Shown: positions 8,395-19,038 of the stretch, piece by piece
Layout of the letters: every line of letters starts with the position of its first letter
Numbering within the stretch: position 1 is the stretch's first letter
Source of the DNA: Nanobdella aerobiophila
GTDB lineage: Archaea; Nanobdellota; Nanobdellia; Nanobdellales; Nanobdellaceae
Direction of reading: 5' to 3'
Length of the DNA stretch: 32,000 nucleotides
Assembly: GCF_023169545.1 (NCBI RefSeq)
Contig: NZ_AP019769.1
Coordinates: forward strand, 240,001 to 272,000
Notes under the pieces: generated by a model
Database searches by the model: none
What the model was told of the DNA's origin: nothing
Seen by the model: only the letters and a program-made list of their open reading frames with translations
Made by a program: the position numbers and the translations under genes

Positions 8395-9597
8395 ATGGAT
8401 GTAGAATATTTAAAAAATGATATACCTATATATAAGATACCAATAGATAGCTCAGATAGTATTGGTATATGCATAACTTTTAAAGTAGGCTCAATATATG
8501 AAGAAAAAGATAAGAGAGGGATTTCACATCTTTTAGAGCATATGATGTTTAGGTCAAATGATAAATATACTGCTAATCAGGTAGATGAAGGTTTAGAGTT
8601 AAATGGGGGTTTATCAAATGCTTTTACATTTTTTGATTCAACTTCATATCTTGTAGAAACTATACAAGAGGGTTTTGATAAGTCATTAGATATACTCTAT
8701 CATTCTATAATAAATAGAAAGTATAGAATAGATGAATTTGAAAAAGAAAGATTGATAGTATTATCAGAAATTGAGAGATATGAAAATGATCCAGAATCAT
8801 TATTAAATTTTATATCAAATAGAGCATTATTCGGAGATTCAGATCTTGGAGATCCGGTTGGGGGTACTCGAGAAACAATATTGAATATAAATAAAGAGGA
8901 TATTGAAGATTTCAAGGAAAAATATTATAATCCAGATAATATGATTATTATAGTAGAAGGAAGATTTAGTGAAAACCATATAAATAAAATAAAAGAGTAT
9001 TTTAATAATATAGAAGGTAATAGTGATAATAAAAAGACTCCAACCATAGATAAGCCAAGAGATATAAAATTATATATGGATAATATCAAGGGACAAATAT
9101 ATTTTTCTTTAGTGAATAGATATAATATAAATGATTATATATATTTATCCGCATTATCAGATATACTATCTGGTGGAGCATCTTCAAAACTGTTTCAAAT
9201 ATTTAGAAATAAATATGGGATAGGATATCATCAATCACTAAGTGTATATACATTATATAATAATTCAGTATTATCATTAGAAATACCTAGTTTTGATAAA
9301 GAAAAAGAAAATATATTACCTGAAGCGATAGATTATTTAATAAATAATTATGAAGACTATATAGATCAAGAGTATGTAAATGGAAGGATAAATAGATCAA
9401 ACTTCATATATAGTACGAAAATAAAGAATAATATATTTCTTAGGCTATCTACAGAAGTAGAATATATATTAAAATTTGGAAAAAATTTGGAAGAAATAAG
9501 AAAAGAAATAATTAATATAGAAAAAAATTATATAAAAATCGAAAAATATTTAAAAGAATTGAAAAATGGTAAAAATATATTCATATATCCACGATGA
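8395..9597 (+). CDS. M16 family zinc metallopeptidase
   Basis: Inverted zinc motif HLLEHMMF (HxxEH) and overall M16 pattern (IALKVGSIYEEKDKRGISHLLEHM-like N-terminus, AL.GD..LGDPVGG.). Confidence 0.9.
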   Translation: MDVEYLKNDIPIYKIPIDSSDSIGICITFKVGSIYEEKDKRGISHLLEHMMFRSNDKYTANQVDEGLELNGGLSNAFTFFDSTSYLVETIQEGFDKSLDILYHSIINRKYRIDEFEKERLIVLSEIERYENDPESLLNFISNRALFGDSDLGDPVGGTRETILNINKEDIEDFKEKYYNPDNMIIIVEGRFSENHINKIKEYFNNIEGNSDNKKTPTIDKPRDIKLYMDNIKGQIYFSLVNRYNINDYIYLSALSDILSGGASSKLFQIFRNKYGIGYHQSLSVYTLYNNSVLSLEIPSFDKEKENILPEAIDYLINNYEDYIDQEYVNGRINRSNFIYSTKIKNNIFLRLSTEVEYILKFGKNLEEIRKEIINIEKNYIKIEKYLKELKNGKNIFIYPR

Positions 9598-10238
9598 TCG
9601 AGGAAATAATATATAATATAGACAAAACATTGAAAGATAATAAGATAAACGAAATATTGGCTTCTCCATATATATGGGAGAAATATAAAGATTCATTTAA
9701 AGTATTAATAACAATATTATTATCTATAAGATTAAGAGAAGAAAAAACTTTAGAAGTATCTAAAAGACTATTTAATATATATAAAGATATAGAAAGTATT
9801 AAAAAAGCATCTTTAGAAGATATAAAAAATACAATAAAAGATATTGGACTATATAATAATAAGGCCAAATGGATAAAGGAAATTGCAGAATTGTGGGATT
9901 ATAATAAACAATGTGATGAAGATTTTATAAGATCCTTGCCTGGAATAGGAAGAAAGATTGCAAATGTTTATTTTATTATTGTATGTAATAAAAATTATAT
10001 TGCGGTAGATACCCATGTTCATAGAATATTTAATAGGATAGGAATAGTGAATACTAAAAATCCAGAAAAGACAGAAGAAGAATTGTATAAAATAATACCA
10101 GAAAAATATTGGAAAGATATAAATTTTAAATTTGTTTTATTTGGAAGAAATATATGTAAACCAGTTAATCCAAGATGTATTATCTGTAATGTAAGAATTT
10201 ATTGTAATTATGGAAGAAAAAGAATAATAGATTATTAA
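9594..10238 (+). CDS. nth: Endonuclease III (HhH-GPD, [4Fe-4S])
   Basis: LPGIGRKIANVYFIIVCNKNYIAVDTHVHRIFNRIG plus C-terminal C-x6-C-x2-C-x5-C (CKPVNPRCIICNVRIYC). Confidence 0.93.
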   Translation: MIEEIIYNIDKTLKDNKINEILASPYIWEKYKDSFKVLITILLSIRLREEKTLEVSKRLFNIYKDIESIKKASLEDIKNTIKDIGLYNNKAKWIKEIAELWDYNKQCDEDFIRSLPGIGRKIANVYFIIVCNKNYIAVDTHVHRIFNRIGIVNTKNPEKTEEELYKIIPEKYWKDINFKFVLFGRNICKPVNPRCIICNVRIYCNYGRKRIIDY

Positions 10239-10281
10239 AATATAAAATAAAACAAAAGAAGAAAAATGTATTTTAAAGCCT

Positions 10282-10524
10282 TTATAATTTCTTAAATAAT
10301 GCCTTTTGTGCTAGTTGTATATCTTCTCTTTTTACAGTTGTTCTTTTACCATGTGTTGCTAGTGATACTGCTTCTTTTGCTATTTCAAATGCTATATCTT
10401 CTAATTGTTGCTTCATAAATCTTATTGCCTTATCAGACACTCTAGTTACTCCTGCTTGTTCGCCTTTTTCTTTTAATATTTTTTCTACTACTGCCATTGG
10501 AATTCCTCTCTCTCCTCTTGCCAT
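10282..10524 (-). CDS. Archaeal histone (internal start, 80 aa)
   Basis: MARGERGIPMAVVEKILKEKGEQAGVTRVSDKAIRFMKQQLEDIAFEIAKEAVSLATHGKRTTVKREDIQLAQKALF is a histone fold. The track start at 10584 adds a non-conserved 20-aa extension that spans the TATA region. Confidence 0.93.
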   Translation of the reverse strand: MARGERGIPMAVVEKILKEKGEQAGVTRVSDKAIRFMKQQLEDIAFEIAKEAVSLATHGKRTTVKREDIQLAQKALFKKL

Positions 10525-10544
10525 AAATCTATATATTATTTTTA

Positions 10545-10554
10545 TATTTATAAA
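10545..10554 (-). promoter_or_regulatory. TATA box (TTTATAAATA) for the histone gene
   Basis: Located 21-30 nt upstream of the internal ATG at 10524, supporting that start. Confidence 0.55.
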
Positions 10555-10722
10555 ACTTTTTTTATTTTTCTTTTTATAATCCATAGTAAATCTAAATTTT
10601 TTATTTATTAGAAAAAATGTTTCATATTATTTAGGTTATATATTGAAGTTCCCATATAATATATATAAAAAATTTAATTTTCCCCCAAAATCAATTTTAA
10701 TGGATAATAATCAAAAAAAAGA

Positions 10723-11469
10723 TTATTCTCTTGGAGCTAGAACAAAACCAAATTTAAATTTATCAGTAGACTTATAATCTATCCATATTGGTTTTCCAGA
10801 ATCTAATCTAAATAATAGAGTATCCGAAATAATTGCAACTTTAGATAATTTATATAAATAGTCTACAGAATATCTTGCCGATGCTTTTGATGGAACCTCC
10901 ATAGATAATACGCTTTCATCCTGCGGCGTTAGATCTATTTTCATATCTTTTAATTCTCCTTCTGCAACGAATGAGATTTTTGGACCGTTAGGATCTGCTA
11001 TTAGTTTTATTTCATCTGCTATAACTTTTGCAGATTCTATTATATCATAAAATGCCTTTGAGTCCATCTCTACCTTTATTGGTAGATCTAGACTTGGTAG
11101 TTCCATAAAATTTCCTTCAGATTCTATTAGTGGTAAACTAAATAGTTTCCTAGCTTTACTTTTTATCTCTATTAATAATTTATTTTTTTCTTTATCGGTA
11201 CTTATGGTTAATTGATCTTTTAGTTTTGCTCTTGTTAATATTTTTTTCAAATCTTCTAGGTTAATCGTAAATTTTTCTTCTTCATCAACTTCAAATTCTG
11301 TAAACATATTATTATAAAGATCTAATAATATTACTGCTACATTAGCCGGGTCTAATGAAGATAAAAATATTCCATCTTTATTTGCTTTAAATGTTCCTTC
11401 CGATAGGAAGCTTACTACTGTTGGTAATATATTTTTTAGCTCTTTAGCCTGAGGAAAAGTAACTTTCAT
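10723..11469 (-). CDS. pcn: DNA polymerase sliding clamp PCNA
   Basis: NKDGIFLSSLDPANVAVILLDL..., SVDYLYKLSKVAIISDTLLFRLDSGKPIWIDY and C-terminal FGFVLAPRE. Confidence 0.96.
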   Translation of the reverse strand: MKVTFPQAKELKNILPTVVSFLSEGTFKANKDGIFLSSLDPANVAVILLDLYNNMFTEFEVDEEEKFTINLEDLKKILTRAKLKDQLTISTDKEKNKLLIEIKSKARKLFSLPLIESEGNFMELPSLDLPIKVEMDSKAFYDIIESAKVIADEIKLIADPNGPKISFVAEGELKDMKIDLTPQDESVLSMEVPSKASARYSVDYLYKLSKVAIISDTLLFRLDSGKPIWIDYKSTDKFKFGFVLAPRE

Positions 11470-11504
11470 AAATACTATTTTTAAAAAAAGTTAATAAATA
11501 TAAT

Positions 11505-11714
11505 TTAAAATGCTTTACCTTGGAAGTATCCGATTAAAAATCCTATTATTAATAATAATATCCCATTTATAGGATAAGTTTCGAATATGGATATAAAATT
11601 AAAGAACCCGCTTGTAAAATTATGATAGAAAAAATATGAATATCCTACAAGTATTATTACTATTATAATAATTGATAAGATTAATGCAGATCCTCTCCCC
11701 ATTTGTCCTCTCAT
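11505..11714 (-). CDS. Small hypothetical two-TM membrane protein
   Basis: 69-aa ORF with two hydrophobic segments, tightly placed after the helicase gene. Confidence 0.45.
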   Translation of the reverse strand: MRGQMGRGSALILSIIIIVIILVGYSYFFYHNFTSGFFNFISIFETYPINGILLLIIGFLIGYFQGKAF

Positions 11715-11717
11715 ATT

Positions 11718-14312
11718 CTAAATAGATTGTTTACTATTTAAAAATATTTTATATATAAACCTCCCTGAATATTTATCCAGGTATTCATTATAATTCCCAC
11801 ATTTTGGGGAATATATACATCTTGGACAACCATCTATGCATTTACAAGAATATAAAGATTTTATTGATCGATCTATTAACTTTTCAATATTATTATATAA
11901 TATTTCTGATAGACCAACGCCAGATTCATATCCTTCATATATAAATATAGTTGGTTTATTCGTTTGGTTGTGTATTGGGTAAGAATATCCTCCTAATTCT
12001 TGAGAATCTACAAATGTTACTATAGGAGATATTTTTATTATATTATGCTCTATTGCATGGATTCCTGATCTAAAACTAGCCTGATAATCTATAATTTTCT
12101 TTATTAGAAATTCTAAGATCTTGTCTTTTATATTATAATTTTTATTTAAATAATCTTCTATTATCTCTTTTATTTTTTTTGTAGCCAATCCTCTATATTT
12201 TTCATAAAAGAAATCTTTATTTATTGTAGAAGCAAAATTATATATTTCTCCAGTGTCTATATTATAATTTTTATTTTTTATATATTCTTCTAATTTTTCT
12301 TTAAAATATTCATTATAAATATTTTCGGATTTTGTATAATCTTCTGGTAATATAATCCAAATCGCTTTTGTATTGAACTCATGAATTATTGTTTTGTCGT
12401 AATATTTTATATTTTGCATAAAGTCATTTCCAGATCTATATTTTTCTATATAACCAATATACTCTTTTTTTACTTTTATTTCTCCAATATATACATCCCA
12501 ATCTTTTATTTTCTTACTTCCTATAGTATTTATTATCTTTACATCTTCATAAAATACTGGTTCTGTTTCTATATACGGTAATTCTGGTCTGAAAAAAATA
12601 AAATTAATATTATCTATACTATAATAATCTCTTATTCTTATACTTTTACCTCCAGAATAATATACCATACCTGGTAATAAATATTCATAAAAAGCATATT
12701 CATCCATTTCTTCCAATACCTTACCTTTTCCTTTTAGCATATTTACCATTCTTATTAAACTATCTCTCCTTTTGACTCTTTTTATGATTTCTTCTTCTTT
12801 ATCTACATCTACTATATAATATATTTTGTCCGATATATTTCTTAATCCAGAATATACTATATTTTCTTTTATCTTATAATACTCTTTTCCAAATATAGGA
12901 TCTCTTATTTTTGTAATTAAATCATTTTTTTCTAAATCTTCTAAATATTTTTTTTCTATATCAGATAATATATCTTTGTCTAATCTATTGAATTCATTTA
13001 TTGAATATAGTAAATGTTTCTTTATTATTTTCTCATTATCTAAATTTAATGGTATATTATCTATTTTATTTTTTTCTATCCTATTAAAAAATTCTTTTAT
13101 ATTATTTGAATAATAAAAATCTAATGCATCTTTTTTAAATATCATAATATTTAATCCTTCAGATAACCTGCCGGATCTACCAAATCTTTGTATAACTGAA
13201 GATATACCATCTTTTGGTATTCCATAATTTACTACCGTAGATATATCACCTATATCAATGCCCAATTCTAATGCGGATGTAGTCAGTAGTATTATATATT
13301 CATTATTCTTGAATTTATATTCTATCTCTCTTCTTTTATTCTTTAAATAGCTTGCTTTATATGGGTATATCTTATTATATTTATCTATTTCGTTTATATC
13401 ATTTTTCAATAATTCTACTCCTTTTTTTGATTCTATAAATACTAGCGATTTTAATTGATTTTCTAATAATATTCTTATTATTTTTCTTAATATTAGTCTT
13501 GAATTAGAACTTTTTGGGTCTATTGATATTATATATCTATCGTATCTTTTACTATAATCTTGATCTATTAGTTCAAAATCTAGATCAAACATCTTCTTAG
13601 CAAAATCTGTGGGATTTTTTAATGTAGCAGATAAAGATAATACCTTAAATATGTTATTTTTGTAAAAATATTTTAATATTCTTATTAATCTTCTAAATGT
13701 ATATGCAGAATTTGTCCCAAATACACCCCTATATGAATGCAATTCATCTACTACTATTAAATCTAAATTTTTAAAGAAATAAAACAATTTATCATGATTT
13801 TTTAATAAATATAGATGTAGATTGTCTATCGTAGTTAATATTAGATTTGGTTTTTCTCTTATTATCTTCTCCTTTTCATTATATGTAAGATCTCCTAGTA
13901 TAAATCTCATTTTTATATTTAATTTTTTACCTGTATATTCTTCAAAGTTTTTTATCAGTTCTTCAAATTTTTCGTATTGATCATATAATAAAGCTCTTAA
14001 TGGATATATTAGTAAATATGTCCTACTTGGATGTGATATTATATTGTCCATTATATATAATCTGAATATATGTGATTTACCAGATGCAGTTGGAGTTGTG
14101 ATTATTAAATTTTTATTTTTGTATAATAATTCTAATGCATCAGCCTGGTGCTTATACAACTTAAAATTTATATAATTAAGGTACTCATTTATTTCTTTAT
14201 TATTGAATTTAAAATCTTGATACAGAGGATCCTTTTTATCTAAATGTTTCGAATCAATTATATAATCTTTAAGTTCATCTTCTATTTTTTCTTTTATATC
14301 CTTTATATACAT
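11718..14312 (-). CDS. Hrq1/MrfA-like DEAD/DEAH superfamily 2 helicase with C-terminal Zn-binding (DUF1998/MZB-type) domain
   Basis: Walker A TPTASGKSH, DELHSYRG, SATLKNP, RFGRSGR, and C-terminal cysteine cluster CKCIDGCPRCIYSPKC. Confidence 0.88.
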   Translation of the reverse strand: MYIKDIKEKIEDELKDYIIDSKHLDKKDPLYQDFKFNNKEINEYLNYINFKLYKHQADALELLYKNKNLIITTPTASGKSHIFRLYIMDNIISHPSRTYLLIYPLRALLYDQYEKFEELIKNFEEYTGKKLNIKMRFILGDLTYNEKEKIIREKPNLILTTIDNLHLYLLKNHDKLFYFFKNLDLIVVDELHSYRGVFGTNSAYTFRRLIRILKYFYKNNIFKVLSLSATLKNPTDFAKKMFDLDFELIDQDYSKRYDRYIISIDPKSSNSRLILRKIIRILLENQLKSLVFIESKKGVELLKNDINEIDKYNKIYPYKASYLKNKRREIEYKFKNNEYIILLTTSALELGIDIGDISTVVNYGIPKDGISSVIQRFGRSGRLSEGLNIMIFKKDALDFYYSNNIKEFFNRIEKNKIDNIPLNLDNEKIIKKHLLYSINEFNRLDKDILSDIEKKYLEDLEKNDLITKIRDPIFGKEYYKIKENIVYSGLRNISDKIYYIVDVDKEEEIIKRVKRRDSLIRMVNMLKGKGKVLEEMDEYAFYEYLLPGMVYYSGGKSIRIRDYYSIDNINFIFFRPELPYIETEPVFYEDVKIINTIGSKKIKDWDVYIGEIKVKKEYIGYIEKYRSGNDFMQNIKYYDKTIIHEFNTKAIWIILPEDYTKSENIYNEYFKEKLEEYIKNKNYNIDTGEIYNFASTINKDFFYEKYRGLATKKIKEIIEDYLNKNYNIKDKILEFLIKKIIDYQASFRSGIHAIEHNIIKISPIVTFVDSQELGGYSYPIHNQTNKPTIFIYEGYESGVGLSEILYNNIEKLIDRSIKSLYSCKCIDGCPRCIYSPKCGNYNEYLDKYSGRFIYKIFLNSKQSI

Positions 14313-14320
14313 ATCTTTTT

Positions 14321-15739
14321 TTAGTGACTCATATTTATTTGTTTTTCTGATATTTTATAATTTTCAATAAATAGCGCAAATATTGCAGATATTATCATGA
14401 ATATAATCCCAAATATACCAATATAATTAAATGCTGTAGATGAAGGTAAAAAACCTAAAACTAAATATTGATTATTTAGATAATCTATTAATGGTACCTG
14501 ATATGTTTGCATCAATGTTGTAGATAATATAGGACCAATTGCGCTTCCTAAAGATCTCAATAAAGTATTTAATCCTAAGCCGGTTGTTCTATATTCTGCC
14601 GGTAATGATATAGATACCATATTTACAATTGGTATTAATAATGAAGAAAGACCTACAGACATAAAAATACCATCGAATAATAAATCTATAATTGTACCTC
14701 TATTTATTATTAATAATATGAAAGATATGATTGATAATAGTATGCCTAAAAATATTACTGGTTTGGGTCCTCTCTTAGGTAATATTTTTCCAATTATCGG
14801 TCCAAAGAATAACATTCCTAATGATATGGGAGACATTATATTTCCAGATTCTATTATAGATAGCCCTAATCCTTCTGGTTTTGGTATCTGAGAATAATAT
14901 GTAAAAAATATGAATAAAGAAAACATCGCTATTCCAGAAAAAATTCCAATTATATTTGCAGCGGCAAAATTTTTTATTTTAAAATATTCTAATTTTAATA
15001 AAGGCTCTTTAATTCTTTTTTCATATAATATAAATAAAATTATTAACAATATACTAGTAAATAAGTATATTATTGATAAATTAAACCATCCATATTGAGA
15101 TCCTAAAGTTAAATATACCAAAAATAATCCTACAGAGATTGATAATATTATGGATCCGAAATAATCTATAGATTCTCTTACTTTTTTTCCTGTTATTGGT
15201 AAATATTTAAATGATAGTATTAATAATATAGCAGATAATATTGCAGCAGTATGGAAAGCAGCTTGCCATCCCAAATATTCTACAATATAAGAACCTAATA
15301 ATAATCCTAATGCAGGACCGATACCAAGTGTAGCACTTAATATACCTTGTGCATATGCTAATCTTTCTTTAGAATATAAATCTGCAATTATAGATATAGC
15401 AATTGGAAAGACTGCAAAACCTAATCCCTGTATTGCTCTAGCAAATATTAAAAAATATATATTTGGTGAAAAACCTGCTAATGATACTGCTATATTATAA
15501 AATAATATTGCTAATAGATATAATTTTTTCTTTCCATAGACATCTGCTAGTTTACCCATTATTGGAGATGCAGCAGCACCTACTATCATATAGGAGGTAG
15601 TTACCCAACCAGCCAAATTAGAACTAACTCCAAAATCTTTTTGAATAGTATATAAAGCAGGTACAACCATTGTTTCTACATAATTTATAATTAATAACAT
15701 AGAAGCTAATAATAATAGAATTTTTTCATTATAATTCAT
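14321..15739 (-). CDS. MFS multidrug efflux transporter (DHA2/14-TM-like)
   Basis: VVPALYTIQKDFGVSSNLAGWVTTSYMIVGAAASPIMGKLADVYGKKKLYL, and ARAIQGLGFAVFPIAISIIADLY..ERLAYAQGILSATLGIGPALGLLLG. Confidence 0.92.
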   Translation of the reverse strand: MNYNEKILLLLASMLLIINYVETMVVPALYTIQKDFGVSSNLAGWVTTSYMIVGAAASPIMGKLADVYGKKKLYLLAILFYNIAVSLAGFSPNIYFLIFARAIQGLGFAVFPIAISIIADLYSKERLAYAQGILSATLGIGPALGLLLGSYIVEYLGWQAAFHTAAILSAILLILSFKYLPITGKKVRESIDYFGSIILSISVGLFLVYLTLGSQYGWFNLSIIYLFTSILLIILFILYEKRIKEPLLKLEYFKIKNFAAANIIGIFSGIAMFSLFIFFTYYSQIPKPEGLGLSIIESGNIMSPISLGMLFFGPIIGKILPKRGPKPVIFLGILLSIISFILLIINRGTIIDLLFDGIFMSVGLSSLLIPIVNMVSISLPAEYRTTGLGLNTLLRSLGSAIGPILSTTLMQTYQVPLIDYLNNQYLVLGFLPSSTAFNYIGIFGIIFMIISAIFALFIENYKISEKQINMSH

Positions 15740-15835
15740 ATTTAAATCTTTATAAAAAATTTGTTAAATATTATGTTATTACTATTTCACGTCGACTAAA
15801 TATAATGATAAATATATCTTTAATAAAGATGTCTT

Positions 15836-17380
15836 ATGAATAGATTATATTATCTATTATCATTCATATTCTTATTATTTCCTATATATTCTATATCTAA
15901 TGGGTTAATTGATCTATTAATCTATCCTCAAAATGTGGGTATAATAGAGGGTGGACAGAATTTAGTTCCAATTACATATGTAGTACAAAATATTGGACCT
16001 GTATTATTTAATGTTACATTTTATCAAATAAATCGTTATCCATTTTATAGTTCTAATTATTATAATAATACTCAAAATATTACTATAAATGAGATACCTA
16101 CTAATGGAACAATAGATCTAACATTTTTTTATTATATTGCACCAAATATAAATCCAGGTATATATGAGTCCCAAATTGGTGCTTATGAAAATTTTTATGG
16201 TTTAGAAAATTTAGAAATATTAAATGCTTCTATACCATTAATAGGATATACTAATTTTTCCATAAATTCTTTTTTTGGTACTCAAAATAATATAATATCA
16301 CCATATAGCGATCAAGAAGATGTACCAATAACTTTTGTAATTATAAATGATGGTAATATAGCATTGAATAATGTAACAATATATTTTACTAATAATAGTA
16401 TATTAGATTTTTATCAGAATAGTTATTATATTGGTATATTACCAATCGGAACTCCCTATTATCTTACTACTTATGTAAATATAAATAATGTATCTTCTGG
16501 ATCATATAATATACCATTAAATATATCTTATTTTGATGGAGATGTTCAAACATTATACACAACTATTAATATAGGATATACAAATATTGGAATAAATAGT
16601 TTTACAGATCCTCCAGTTATATATCCTGGTGATAATGTATTACTAAATTCTATATTATTTAATTATGGTAATCAACCTGCTGGCAATATTTATCTATATA
16701 TAGATTCTCCTTTTAATTTATTAACCTCTGATTATTATAATTTTGGTATATTAGAACCTGGACAATTTTATAATATATCCTCTTTATTTTATATTCCTAA
16801 AGATACAAAATATGGTATATATCCAGTAACGTATGAAATATATTATAATGATTTAGAATATAATTATACTTATTATCTAAATATATTACCGGAAGCAAAT
16901 ATATCTATAGAAGATGTATATTATAATAATTTAAATCCAGGAAGCTCCGAAGTCCCTATAATATTAGAAATAAAAAATATAGGTAGTGCTGAAGCTAAGA
17001 ATTTAGTAGCTTATTTAGGGTCTAATAATGTTATAAAGCCTTATGTAAGTTCTTCAGATCCATTAGAAGCATTAACAGCTTCAGAATTAGATATAGGTAA
17101 TTTATATCCAAATCAAAGTACAAATTTAACTTTCATAGTAAAAATTAGTTCTGGTGCAAATTACGGGAGTTATTCTATACCAATAATATTTTTATGGAAT
17201 CAAACAGAAGCATATTATCCATTTGAAGAAGAAGAGAATATAAATGTAAATATTTTAGAACCTATATATTATAATCCTACCTTTTATATTAATATAATAA
17301 AAATAATTATATTACCAATAATTGTAATATTAGGACTTATATTATTTAAAAAATTTAAGAAGAAGAAAAAAGATAAATGA
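15836..17380 (+). CDS. Exported, C-terminally membrane-anchored protein with CARDB/NEW3-like repeats
   Basis: N-terminal signal-like hydrophobic segment, repeated 'VTYVVQNIGPVLFNVT'-style beta-sandwich units, C-terminal TM followed by a polylysine tail. Confidence 0.7.
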   Translation: MNRLYYLLSFIFLLFPIYSISNGLIDLLIYPQNVGIIEGGQNLVPITYVVQNIGPVLFNVTFYQINRYPFYSSNYYNNTQNITINEIPTNGTIDLTFFYYIAPNINPGIYESQIGAYENFYGLENLEILNASIPLIGYTNFSINSFFGTQNNIISPYSDQEDVPITFVIINDGNIALNNVTIYFTNNSILDFYQNSYYIGILPIGTPYYLTTYVNINNVSSGSYNIPLNISYFDGDVQTLYTTINIGYTNIGINSFTDPPVIYPGDNVLLNSILFNYGNQPAGNIYLYIDSPFNLLTSDYYNFGILEPGQFYNISSLFYIPKDTKYGIYPVTYEIYYNDLEYNYTYYLNILPEANISIEDVYYNNLNPGSSEVPIILEIKNIGSAEAKNLVAYLGSNNVIKPYVSSSDPLEALTASELDIGNLYPNQSTNLTFIVKISSGANYGSYSIPIIFLWNQTEAYYPFEEEENINVNILEPIYYNPTFYINIIKIIILPIIVILGLILFKKFKKKKKDK

Positions 17381-19038
17381 AGTATTTTTTAGATTTAGCC
17401 CAATTAATGGAAAAAATAGAAAAAATTAGTGAAAAAAATTTAAAGATAGATATATTATCAAGATTTATAAGAGAATTAGAAGTAAATGAAATAAAGATAA
17501 CGATATGGTTGATTTTGGGTAATATAAATGAAGAATGGGTTGATAATAATCTGAATGTATCTGTTGGAACAATTATAAAAGTATTAAAAAATTTGAATAT
17601 AGACCTTAAAGATTTATCTTTTTTATATAAAGAATCTGGAGATCTAGCTGAAGCAGTTAAAATAATATTTGAAAGATATAATATAAATAAAAATAATTGG
17701 TTTAAAAGAAAATATAAAATTATAGATATATATAACGAATTAAAGAAAATAGAATCATTAAATGGCGAAGAGTCTAGACACAAAAAGATCTTATATTTAG
17801 AAGGAATATATAAGAATTTAGATCCTTTAGAGGCAAAATTATTAACAAGAATTTTACAAGGAGATATGAGATATGGAGTATTAGATGGAACTATTGAAGA
17901 TGTATTATCTTATTTATATAATATTTCTGATGATAAAATAAAGCATTTCCATGCATTAATAGGAGATTTAGGTACATTAGCAGAATATTTATATAAAAAT
18001 AAAGATATAAATAATATTAGTTTAAGATTGTTTCATCCTTATAAACCAATGCTTGCAGAGAAGGCGGAAAATTTTAAAGAAGCTATAGATAATCAGAACT
18101 ATATTTTTGAATTTAAATTTGATGGAATAAGAGCGCAAATACATAAAGAAAAAGATAAAATTAAAATATTTACTAGAAGATTGAAGGATGTAACAAATTC
18201 TTTTCCAGATATTGTAAAATTAATATTAGAAAATATAAAAAATGATAGCATTGTGCTTGAAGGAGAGATCGTTGCATGGGATTTTAAAAATAATATCTCT
18301 CTACCATTTCAAGAAATATCTAAAAGAATTAAAAGAGAATATAATATTGATCAAATAATAAAAGATATACCTGTAAGGTTATTTTTATTTGATATTATAT
18401 ATTTGGATGGAGAATTATTAATAAATAAAGATTTTTTAACTAGAAGAAAAATATTAGAATCTGTAAAAAATAATTTAGATATAGTTCCTTATATTTATAC
18501 AAAAAATGAAGAGGAAGCAAAAGAATTTTTTATAAAATCTATAAATATTAAGAATGAAGGATTAATTGCTAAGAAATTAAATTCACTATATTTACCTGGA
18601 AAAAGAGATAGATCATGGTTAAAAATAAAAGGTCATCTAGAACCATTGGATTTAGTAATTATCGGAGGAGAGTGGGGGCATGGTAGGAGAAAAAATTTTA
18701 TCTCAGATTTGTATTTAGCAGCAAGAGATGATACCACAGGGAAATTTTTAATGATTACAAAGACTTTTAAAGGACTATCTGATAAAGAATATGAACAATT
18801 GACAAAAGAGTTATTAAAATATAAAATTAAAGAAAATGGAAGAATATTATATTTTAAACCAAAGATTGTAGTAGAAACAATATATGATGAAATACAGAGA
18901 AGTCAGAAATATAAATCAGGATACGCATTGAGATTTGCGAGAATAAATAAAATAAGATTTGATAAGAGTGAAAAAGACATAGATACTATACAAAGGGTAG
19001 AAGAATTATATAAAAAACAATTAAAATTAGAATTATGA
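17377..19038 (+). CDS. lig: ATP-dependent DNA ligase
   Basis: Adenylation motif FEFKFDGIRAQIHK, EGEIVAWD, EGLIAKKLNSLYLPGKRDRSWLKIKG, DLVIIGGEWGHGRR; 553 aa. Confidence 0.97.
   Translation: MKYFLDLAQLMEKIEKISEKNLKIDILSRFIRELEVNEIKITIWLILGNINEEWVDNNLNVSVGTIIKVLKNLNIDLKDLSFLYKESGDLAEAVKIIFERYNINKNNWFKRKYKIIDIYNELKKIESLNGEESRHKKILYLEGIYKNLDPLEAKLLTRILQGDMRYGVLDGTIEDVLSYLYNISDDKIKHFHALIGDLGTLAEYLYKNKDINNISLRLFHPYKPMLAEKAENFKEAIDNQNYIFEFKFDGIRAQIHKEKDKIKIFTRRLKDVTNSFPDIVKLILENIKNDSIVLEGEIVAWDFKNNISLPFQEISKRIKREYNIDQIIKDIPVRLFLFDIIYLDGELLINKDFLTRRKILESVKNNLDIVPYIYTKNEEEAKEFFIKSINIKNEGLIAKKLNSLYLPGKRDRSWLKIKGHLEPLDLVIIGGEWGHGRRKNFISDLYLAARDDTTGKFLMITKTFKGLSDKEYEQLTKELLKYKIKENGRILYFKPKIVVETIYDEIQRSQKYKSGYALRFARINKIRFDKSEKDIDTIQRVEELYKKQLKLEL

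Noticed and set aside
8700-9868. Minus-strand ORFs 8700..8915 and 9581..9868
   Set aside because: Antisense to the M16 peptidase and nth genes; AT-rich hydrophobic artefacts.
10525-10584. 20-aa N-terminal extension of the histone in the ORF track
   Set aside because: The conserved fold starts at MARGERG and the TATA box falls within the extension, so the upstream ATG is unlikely to be used.
12381-12581. Plus-strand ORF 12381..12581
   Set aside because: Antisense to the Hrq1/MrfA-like helicase.
17355-17783. Minus-strand 142-aa ORF
   Set aside because: Antisense to the start of the DNA ligase, which has clear motifs.
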